Assembly: GCA_025351405.1 (NCBI GenBank)
Contig: JANXVZ010000027.1
Span: forward strand, 21,275-85,274
Direction of reading: 5' to 3'
Length of the DNA: 64,000 bases
From: Sphingomonadales bacterium
Lineage (GTDB): Bacteria; Pseudomonadota; Alphaproteobacteria; Sphingomonadales; Sphingomonadaceae
Below the pieces are notes generated by a model. It ran no database searches. It worked only from the letters and a program-made list of their open reading frames with translations, and was not told where the DNA came from. A program made the translations under genes and the position numbers. This document shows, in pieces, positions 57,053-64,000 of this stretch. Every line of letters starts with the position of its first letter. Within the stretch, counting starts at the first letter, position 1.

Positions 57053-58777
57053 ATGACCGCTGAGCCATTGACCGTGGGAGTCACTGGCCATCGCCCGGCC
57101 CGGTTGGTCGGTGTCGACACTGCCGTTCTCGCAGCGCAGATCTGCGCGACGCTCGAGGCTTTTGCAGACGCTGCCGGCCATGATCGCAAATTCCGGCTGG
57201 TGAGCAGCCTCGCCGAAGGGGCCGACAGCATCGCCGCCGGGGTTGCACTGCAGATGGGTTGGCAACTCGACGTCACGCTGCCGTTCGATCGCGTTCGCAA
57301 TGCCCAGGACTTTCCGGATTCGGATGCGCTTGCAGCGCTCGATGCCTTACTCCTTCGTGCCGATTCCGTGTTCGAACTGTGCAGCGGTTGCCTCGAGGCC
57401 GAGCCGGCCAGCACGGCTTATGAACGCGCCGGCCGGGTCATGCTCGCGCAGTGCGATGTGTTGCTGGCCGTGTGGGATGGCAAGCCTGCCCAGGGGCGCG
57501 GCGGCGCCGCACAAATCGTCGCCGAGGCGGTGCTGCAGGGCGTGCCCGTCTTGCACGTCGCCCTGGCGGACGGTGCGCGGCCCTTGTTGTTATGGGACCG
57601 GCTGGACGAACATGACGTCGGGCAACACACGCTGGATACAATTCCCCGCGCGGGCCTTGAGCAGTTGCCGCGGCTGGTGGCGCATCTGCTTGGCGATGCC
57701 GACAGCGGTGCCTTGCCGCGCCACTACCGTGGCCGCCGACGCCTGACCGTCGCGGTGGCCTATGCAATGCTGATGGCGGTCATGGCCGTCCGGAGTTTGC
57801 GCGGCGCCGACTTTGTCAAAGCCGACCCGGATATCGCGCGGGACGCATTGCTGGCCGGATGTTCGGCGACCCGGCAAGCCACGCCGTTCGGCGAGCGGCT
57901 GACCCGCGTGCTCGCTCCAGGCTTTGGCTCGGCCGACGCCAGCGCCACCGATTTCTCGCGCCGTTTCCGCAGCGCCTATGTCGCCAACTTCGTCCTGGCG
58001 GCGCTCGCCGTCGTCACCGCCCTTGTCGGGCTGGCGCTGCCCAAGTCGGCCAAGCCGGGGCTGATCGTCATCGAACTCGCGATCGTCGCGACGATCCTGA
58101 TCGTCACGCGCATGGGCAACAAATCGGGCTGGCACCGGAGCTGGCTGAGCAGCCGCCAGGTTGCCGAGCAATTGCGCTGCCTGGCGATCACGGCGCAGCT
58201 TGGCGATCTGCGGCTGCGGGCCAATACCCATCCAACCACCCGCAACGTGGCGCGGCAGCTCGGGCTGCCAAATGCCATCGCCGATGCGCCCTATCTGGCG
58301 GCAATTCAGGCAGATCTGGGCCGATTGATCGATTCGCAGATCGACTATCTGGAGCGCGACGCCAGCGTTATGCATCGGCTGGAGCATCGCCTGCACCGGC
58401 TCGGCGGCTTGCTCTTCCTCGCCACGGCCACGATCTGCCTTCTCTACCTGGCTGCCGAGGTGGCCATCATGGCCAATCCGGCGTGGCACCATATCGTCGA
58501 GCCGGTGCTGATCTGGGGGACCATATTGAGCGCGGGGTTCCCTGCGATCGGGGCAGCCATCTACGGTATTCGCATGCAGGGCGACTTCAGCGGCTCGGGT
58601 GAACGAAACGCCGCCCTTGCCGCCGAACTTCGCCGGGTTCGCCAGCTTACGCAGAAGACACCCCAAACCTATGATACGCTTGCCCGGCACGCGAAGATCG
58701 TCGCGGACCTGATGGTCGCCGATCTGACCGATTGGTTCCGGGCGTACAAGGCGCGGCCGCTCGCTCTGCCCGGTTGA
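57053..58777 (+). CDS. SLOG (YspA/DprA-LOG-like) domain fused to two SLATT/DUF4231-like two-TM modules
   Basis: VGVTGHR, SSLAEGAD, YERAG and DVLLAVWDG...GRGG...VPVLHV in the SLOG domain; two hydrophobic hairpins followed by W...R..AEQLR and QIDY...GIRMQGDF motifs. Confidence 0.78.
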   Translation: MTAEPLTVGVTGHRPARLVGVDTAVLAAQICATLEAFADAAGHDRKFRLVSSLAEGADSIAAGVALQMGWQLDVTLPFDRVRNAQDFPDSDALAALDALLLRADSVFELCSGCLEAEPASTAYERAGRVMLAQCDVLLAVWDGKPAQGRGGAAQIVAEAVLQGVPVLHVALADGARPLLLWDRLDEHDVGQHTLDTIPRAGLEQLPRLVAHLLGDADSGALPRHYRGRRRLTVAVAYAMLMAVMAVRSLRGADFVKADPDIARDALLAGCSATRQATPFGERLTRVLAPGFGSADASATDFSRRFRSAYVANFVLAALAVVTALVGLALPKSAKPGLIVIELAIVATILIVTRMGNKSGWHRSWLSSRQVAEQLRCLAITAQLGDLRLRANTHPTTRNVARQLGLPNAIADAPYLAAIQADLGRLIDSQIDYLERDASVMHRLEHRLHRLGGLLFLATATICLLYLAAEVAIMANPAWHHIVEPVLIWGTILSAGFPAIGAAIYGIRMQGDFSGSGERNAALAAELRRVRQLTQKTPQTYDTLARHAKIVADLMVADLTDWFRAYKARPLALPG

Positions 58778-58812
58778 AATCGGCCAGGACGGAGCCGCCG
58801 GCCACATACGCT

Positions 58813-60663
58813 TTATTGCGGCTGGTCGCCGGGCTTTCGTTCCTTCCGTGCCGCCTTCTGCGCCTCGATCTTGGCGGCCTGGCTTGCCTGCACCTCCGTC
58901 TGGTGCTGCGCCTGCACCTCGGCGCGTTGCTTGTCGCGTGCCGCGGCAGCTGCGACGCGGGTCGCGTCCGCCTGCTTCTGGCGCTCGACAGCCGCTGTCG
59001 CCCGCGCCGCCTCCATCGCTTTTTGCTTTTCTGCGTCCGCCTGCTGGCGCTGGGCACCGGCCGCGGTCTTGGCGTCTTCGCGTGACTTGGCGGCGGCTGC
59101 ATCGCGCTGAACCTTGGCGGCGGTTGCGGCCTCGGCCCGTTGCGCAGCCTGGGCGTCGCGCGCTTTCGCTGCCTCGGCGCGCGCACGCTCCTGTTTCGCC
59201 AGATTTTCCGTCACCGCCTGCTGATGCGTGGCTTCGGCCGCCGTGCGAGCGGCCTCCTGGTGCTTGAGGCGTTCGGCCGCGGCGAGCTGGCGCTGGGCAT
59301 CGGCATTGGTCCTGGCTTCGTCGCGCGCCTTGGCCACTGCCGCATCGCGCTGTGCCTTGGCCGTTGCGGTCGCCGCGGCCGCTGCCTGGGCCTGCTGTGC
59401 CAGCTGCGCGTCATGGGCCTTGGCAGCTTCGGCGCGGGCACCATCCTGTCGCTGCTGGCGGGTGATCGCCGCATCGCGCTCGGCCCTGGTGCGGGCAGCC
59501 TCGGCCATTGCGCGGCTCTGGGCGCGGCTCTGGGCGCCGCTCTGGACACCACTCTGGGCGAGAGCGTCCTGCGCAGCCTGTCGTTGGCGAGCCGCATCCT
59601 GGGCACGCTGGGCGTCGAGCCCGGCTTGCCGCCGTTGGGCGTCAGTTGCGGCTTGGGCCTGTGCGATTTGGGCTTGTGCGATCTGGGCCGACTGGGCGGC
59701 AGCCCCGCGAGCCGCCGCGGCGCGCGCCTCGGCATCGGCCTGCTGCTGGCGAAAGCGCATGTCGTCACGCCCACCTGGCGCAAGCCCGCGGTCGTCACGG
59801 TGGTCGCGATCGCGGGTCAGGGCAATCGCTGCCGCGCCGGCGCCGACCCCGATTGCGGCAGCATAGGCCGTCCGGCGGTCACGCTCTGCCCGCCAGTCGC
59901 GTTGCTCGCTGTCGCGATTTGCATCGTAATAGGCCTGGCGCTCGGCATCCCGGGCGCGGGCCTCGTCGTAGGCGCGCTGGCGCTCCAGCACCGCTTCGCG
60001 ACGCGCACGCCAGTCGGCGGCATAGGCAGCCTGGCGTTGCTCGTTGAATGCAGCACGATGGAGGGCGCGGGCGCGGTCGAGATAACGCCCCGCTGCATCG
60101 GCGCGGCGCTGGGCATATACATCGTCGAGCGGCGCGCCGTCGCGGCCATAAACCCCGACAAGTTCGCCGTCATCATAGGCATAGCTGCCGTCTGGGTCGC
60201 TGACATAGAAGGGCTGGTCGGCGCCGGGCTGGTAGTAATATTCACGCTGGCCCTGCGGCAATACCTCGACCACACGAGTACCGCCGTTGTCGCCGCGCCA
60301 TACCCATGGGCGCGTGCCCTGGTAATCGACCGTGTAGTCGGGGGGCGTATCGCCGAAGGCCTGACCCATCGCATGGGCACGGTCGGCATAGCGATAGCGA
60401 TCGTTGCGGGGCCTGGCCTTGATCCGGATTGCCTGGGCGGGGGCCGGCAAGGCAGCGGCGACCGGTGCGGCGACCAGCGGTACGGGCGGTGCGGCGGTCG
60501 CGAGCGGCAACGCGGCCAATGGCGGCGCACTGACCGGCTGGGTGCCGGTCTCGGCAGTGGCGGCAGGCGCCGTGGACGGAGACTTGTCGCAGGCGCTGAG
60601 CACCAGCGCGAAGGCCGTCGCGGCAAGTGCGAGGCGGGAAACGTTCAAGCGGCGGTCGGTCAT
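58813..60663 (-). CDS. Lipoprotein with small globular domain and long Ala/Gln/Arg-rich TolA-like helical tail
   Basis: Lipobox VLSAC, Pro/Ala linker, Tyr-rich domain (WVWR...EYYYQPG...PFYV), and a charged low-complexity tail with an internal duplication. Confidence 0.75.
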   Translation of the reverse strand: MTDRRLNVSRLALAATAFALVLSACDKSPSTAPAATAETGTQPVSAPPLAALPLATAAPPVPLVAAPVAAALPAPAQAIRIKARPRNDRYRYADRAHAMGQAFGDTPPDYTVDYQGTRPWVWRGDNGGTRVVEVLPQGQREYYYQPGADQPFYVSDPDGSYAYDDGELVGVYGRDGAPLDDVYAQRRADAAGRYLDRARALHRAAFNEQRQAAYAADWRARREAVLERQRAYDEARARDAERQAYYDANRDSEQRDWRAERDRRTAYAAAIGVGAGAAAIALTRDRDHRDDRGLAPGGRDDMRFRQQQADAEARAAAARGAAAQSAQIAQAQIAQAQAATDAQRRQAGLDAQRAQDAARQRQAAQDALAQSGVQSGAQSRAQSRAMAEAARTRAERDAAITRQQRQDGARAEAAKAHDAQLAQQAQAAAAATATAKAQRDAAVAKARDEARTNADAQRQLAAAERLKHQEAARTAAEATHQQAVTENLAKQERARAEAAKARDAQAAQRAEAATAAKVQRDAAAAKSREDAKTAAGAQRQQADAEKQKAMEAARATAAVERQKQADATRVAAAAARDKQRAEVQAQHQTEVQASQAAKIEAQKAARKERKPGDQPQ

Positions 60664-60918
60664 CGGATGTCCAGTCGGTTGTGCAAAATCTCTAACGCAC
60701 ACTGCGCGCGTTCGGATGAACACGGCGCGAACGGTGGCGCAGATGATAGTTCAATTGGCCCATGCGGATCCGCGCATTCTGTGGAGCAACCAAGCGTCCG
60801 GTCGACCACCACATCGCTGGAATTGCGTCGATAAAGTGGATTGCCGGGTTGCTTCGTTTGCCCGGCGCAATACTCTGTCCGCCAGGCGTTGCCGGGTTCA
60901 ACGTGAGGGAGTTTCGTC

Positions 60919-61590
60919 GTGGCTTCGGCAGACAGCAGTGCAGAGGCGTGGTCGCGCAGCGATGCGGCCTGGGACGTCCGGGACAGGATTGCGGCCTATC
61001 CGGGCGCCGTGCGGATGCCGTTGACCGACCTTGAGCTCTATGTCGTACCGGCCTTTCTTTCCGCCGATTGCTGTTCCCGGCTGGTCGATCGCATCGATGC
61101 AGATCGCATCCCGTCGCCGGTCATTGCCGATGATCCGGTCCCGCAATATCGCACCAGCGAAACCTGCTATCTCGATCGCGCCGACCCGGCCGTCGCCGCT
61201 GTCGAGGCCGGCCTCGACATGCTGATGGGCATAGACCCTGCGCATGGCGAGCAGCTGCAGGGCCAGCGCTACGCTGTTGGGCAGGAATTCAAGCCGCACC
61301 ATGATTTCTTCCATACCGACCAGCAATATTGGCGCGAACAGATGGCGATGGGCGGCCAGCGGACGTGGACAGCCATGGCGTTCCTCAACGTGCCGGCGCG
61401 CGGCGGGCGGACCCATTTCCCAACCGCCAACATCACGTTGACCCCGCGTACCGGCAACTTGCTCGTCTGGAACAATCTCGACGATCAGGGACTGCCGAAT
61501 GCGGCATCGCTGCACCAGGGAATGCCGGTCGAGCAGGGGCTGAAATATGTTTTGACCAAATGGTATCGCGAACGCCCCTGGCGCCCCTGA
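60919..61590 (+). CDS. 2OG-Fe(II) oxygenase, prolyl 4-hydroxylase-like
   Basis: YRTS, EQLQGQRY, FKPHHDFF (HxD), GGQRTWT, GGRTHFP, LHQGMPV (His) and KYVLTKW. Confidence 0.88.
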   Translation: MASADSSAEAWSRSDAAWDVRDRIAAYPGAVRMPLTDLELYVVPAFLSADCCSRLVDRIDADRIPSPVIADDPVPQYRTSETCYLDRADPAVAAVEAGLDMLMGIDPAHGEQLQGQRYAVGQEFKPHHDFFHTDQQYWREQMAMGGQRTWTAMAFLNVPARGGRTHFPTANITLTPRTGNLLVWNNLDDQGLPNAASLHQGMPVEQGLKYVLTKWYRERPWRP

Positions 61591-61593
61591 TCA

Positions 61594-62331
61594 TCACCGC
61601 ATGGCGAAAACGGCACGCAGCGGTTTCTGCTCCGGCAGGATGTAGACGATGCCCACCGTGGCCGTGAACGTTGGCAGGACGACATGGTCGAAAAAGGCCA
61701 CGGGCACGTTTATGCAGCCAAAGGAAATACGATTGTCGAGGACGGACGGCGACGCCAGGCGCGCGGCGCGATGGTCCTGTGGCCTGCCGACGATCACCCG
61801 GTGCAGCGATAGCGCCGCATCATAGTCGATCCACAAAACGTCCTGTTCGAGATCCCGGCCGATCGCCGCCTCGAATCGGCCGGCGGGCGTGGTCCGTTCC
61901 GCCGGCGCGATCGCCGACAGCGGTCGTTGCCCGATGCCGGGCACGGTGTCGTCGCCGCGGCCCAGCCCGAGCAGCGCCGCAGCTGTTCCGGCCAGCTCGC
62001 CGCTGCGCCCGAAGACGAACACCCGCGCGTGGCGTTTGTCGACGACGAGAAATGGCAGGCGCTTGTTGTCGCCGCTTGCCATCACCCATTGCACAAGGGC
62101 CTGGACATCGCTGGACGCGATCGCGCCGTGGAGCCGCGCCGGCGCGGCGACCTTGCCCGCCACAGGCGGCGCGATCACCGGCGTGGCTGCATTGTCACCA
62201 AGGGGCGCAATGGCCAGGGCCGGGACGGCGAGGGTCGCAGCACCAAGCGCAGCAAGTCGCCACGCACGGGCACGCCCGGCGCGCGACCGGGCAAAGCTGG
62301 TGCTACTGGGTTCGGCCATTGCCCTTGCCAC
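61594..62331 (-). CDS. L,D-transpeptidase-like (YkuD fold) exported protein
   Basis: FLVVDKRHARVFVF, RTTPAGRF, SLHRV and ISFGCINVP (His/Cys). Signal-like N-terminus; alternative ATG at 62319. Confidence 0.8.
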   Translation of the reverse strand: MARAMAEPSSTSFARSRAGRARAWRLAALGAATLAVPALAIAPLGDNAATPVIAPPVAGKVAAPARLHGAIASSDVQALVQWVMASGDNKRLPFLVVDKRHARVFVFGRSGELAGTAAALLGLGRGDDTVPGIGQRPLSAIAPAERTTPAGRFEAAIGRDLEQDVLWIDYDAALSLHRVIVGRPQDHRAARLASPSVLDNRISFGCINVPVAFFDHVVLPTFTATVGIVYILPEQKPLRAVFAMR

Positions 62332-63999
62332 CTAGTGACGCGCCTTTTTCGGCTTGTAGACGGGCACGATCGGGGCGGGGGCAGGGGCAGGAGCTTCGGC
62401 TGCAACCGGCACGGCGGTCGCCGGCGCAGCTTCGGGTGCCAAGGTTGCGATCGCCGGTTGCGCACCCATGTTGACGCCCCCGGCCAGCACAGCCAGCTGC
62501 AATCCGGCCGGCACCGCCACAAGCGGCACGGCCACCAGGATCGGCCGCGATGCCGGCGTGAGCTCGGGCGTGGGTGTCGGCGTGGGTGTCGGCGTCGGTG
62601 TCGGCGTGGGAACCGGGGTGGGTGCAGGTGCGGGTGCGGGCGCGGGCGCTGGAGCGGGCGCAGGTGCAGGAGCGGGCGCTGGAGCGGGCGCGGGAGCAGG
62701 TGCAGGCGCCGGGGCGGGTGCGGGAGCTGGTGCAGGCGCGGGTCCGGGAGCAGGTGCCGGCCCAGGCGCAGGCGCAGGTGCAGGTGCTGGAGCGGGGGCC
62801 GGTGCGGGCGCGGGCGCCGGTGCAGGCGGAGAGATCGTCCCGGTCGTGCGGAACCCTGCCACGCAGCATGATCTCGCGAGCGCATATTTGTCGGCGTTGG
62901 CACCGGCGAGTGTGTAGCCGCTATAGGTGACGCCGACATTGCTCCCCGGTTGCGCGGTGTCGAATGTCGCCGTGGCACCTGGCCCCGCGACCAGCGTGAC
63001 GCCCGTGGGCATGCCCGAAGTCGTGGTCGTGTTGAACCCGGAGAGAACAGCCGCCGTGGTACCGTCAACCGGGTTGGTCGCGGTCGGGAACAGCAGCATG
63101 CGCTGGGTCAGCGATGCGCCTTCGGTCAGCACGAATCTCGGCAGGAAATCGGTGGGGGCGGCATAGGAAACGGGGTTGTAGTTGATCGTCACCGCCGCCG
63201 CGGTGACTGTCGTGGGCGGCGCTAGCGGCGCAAACACGATGGTGCCGCCACCGACGCCGGGCCCGCTGCCATCGGCGCCGGCGATCAGTGTCAGGCCAAC
63301 CGGAAGACCGGCGCTTTGTGCCGGGATCGTCGTACCCCTGGTCAGCGTCACAGCGGCATTGATATGGACGTCATGGCCCGCACACAGCGCGATGTTGCCA
63401 TCGGTGGTGACCAATGCATGAAACACCATCACGTCGCGGCCGGCGTTGAGCAGGATGCTGCCGTTCGTCGACGTCAGCGCCGCGTTGACACTGACATCGC
63501 GGCCGCAGCAGGCAACGATGTTGCCGCGTGTCGCGGTTATCGGGGCGTTGATGGTGATGTCGCGCCAGGCATTCATCGTCAACGTCGTCGGATTCCCGGC
63601 AGCGGTCCAGGCGATCGCATCGTTGATGACGATATCGCCGTTGCCGCCCGTCACCTCGCCCGGCAACGGCATCGTGCTGATCGTGATGCTGCCGTTGACC
63701 AGCTGTGCCGCCAGCGTCGCGCCCGATATGTTGCCCCCGGCGCCCACGGTGAAATCGGCGGGATCTATCAACCACTGCCCGGCCAGCCCGCGGGGCGCTG
63801 CCGTGGTGATTCTGGCGGTATCGGCAATGTCGACCCGCGCCGCCGAAGTCTCGATGAAGCCGCCGTTGCCGCCCCCGGGCGCGCTGGCATCAAGGCTGCC
63901 CGCAATGGTGACGGCACCGCTGTCCATGTCCCCCAGCAGCAGGATTGTCCCCATCCGGGTTTCCAGCGTACGCGCCTCGATGATGCCGCTGTTGTTGAC
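62332..63999 (-). CDS. Filamentous-haemagglutinin-like adhesin, C-terminal part (5' end beyond window), with YDG-like domain and Pro-Ala stalk
   Basis: Frame is open to the window end (VNNSGIIEARTLETRMG...). LDASAPGGGNGGFIETSA and WLIDPADF motifs; YDG-like ATFDTAQPGSNVGVTYSGYTLAGANADKY; C-terminus PIVPVYKPKKARH. Confidence 0.85.
   Translation of the reverse strand, partial: VNNSGIIEARTLETRMGTILLLGDMDSGAVTIAGSLDASAPGGGNGGFIETSAARVDIADTARITTAAPRGLAGQWLIDPADFTVGAGGNISGATLAAQLVNGSITISTMPLPGEVTGGNGDIVINDAIAWTAAGNPTTLTMNAWRDITINAPITATRGNIVACCGRDVSVNAALTSTNGSILLNAGRDVMVFHALVTTDGNIALCAGHDVHINAAVTLTRGTTIPAQSAGLPVGLTLIAGADGSGPGVGGGTIVFAPLAPPTTVTAAAVTINYNPVSYAAPTDFLPRFVLTEGASLTQRMLLFPTATNPVDGTTAAVLSGFNTTTTSGMPTGVTLVAGPGATATFDTAQPGSNVGVTYSGYTLAGANADKYALARSCCVAGFRTTGTISPPAPAPAPAPAPAPAPAPAPAPGPAPAPGPAPAPAPAPAPAPAPAPAPAPAPAPAPAPAPAPAPAPAPAPTPVPTPTPTPTPTPTPTPELTPASRPILVAVPLVAVPAGLQLAVLAGGVNMGAQPAIATLAPEAAPATAVPVAAEAPAPAPAPIVPVYKPKKARH
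62565..62829 (-). repeat. Coding (Pro-Ala)n/(Pro-Thr)n dipeptide repeat, about 88 residues
   Basis: PAPAPA...PGPAPAPGPA...PTPVPTPTPTP, encoded by mixed hexamers (GGTGCA, GGAGCG, GGCGCG, GGTGTC on the + strand). Confidence 0.95.
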
Positions 64000-64000
64000 G

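Noticed and set aside
62565-62829. Hexamer repeat as a CRISPR array or phase-variable microsatellite
   Set aside because: No repeat-spacer structure; units are codon-diversified and in frame, so this is a protein-level repeat.
1-64000. Mobile elements, prophage, tRNA or rRNA genes
   Set aside because: No transposase, integrase or phage structural motifs, terminal inverted repeats or RNA-gene signatures were recognised by eye; tRNAscan-SE and ISEScan would be definitive.

Overview
High-GC (roughly two-thirds G+C by eye) alphaproteobacterial chromosomal segment, most consistent with a sphingomonad. No rRNA, tRNA, IS/integrase or CRISPR array was recognised. From left to right: the end of a Tad/Flp pilus locus (TPR protein, A24 prepilin peptidase); a TipN-like coiled-coil membrane protein; an FGE-type lipoprotein; a tightly coupled operon TpsB - TpsA adhesin (1801 aa) - exported TPR-CHAT protease - CHASE2 adenylate cyclase - exported protein; several hydrolases, sdaA and a cysteine desulfurase-like gene; two tandem GT87 (GT-C) glycosyltransferases converging on a UbiA/GtrA/DprE1-like/DprE2-like lipid-linked pentose pathway; a CDF transporter; a LuxR solo upstream of a TonB-dependent receptor and five exported peptidase/amidase genes; an alpha-amino acid ester hydrolase; a candidate signalling or defence locus (exported beta-propeller-caspase, exported caspase, trypsin-like zymogen, membrane TIR-TPR protein, lipoprotein with Arg-terminated heptad repeats, and a divergent SLOG-SLATT membrane protein); a TolA-like lipoprotein; a prolyl-4-hydroxylase-like oxygenase; an L,D-transpeptidase; and the 3' part of a second haemagglutinin-like adhesin with a long Pro-Ala stalk. 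The strongest candidates for an undescribed system are the protease cascade-TIR-SLOG/SLATT locus (48.3-58.8 kb) and the TPS-CHAT-cyclase operon (4.6-17.7 kb). All family assignments come from motifs read by eye; no database searches were run, and start codons refined from the ORF track are estimates.
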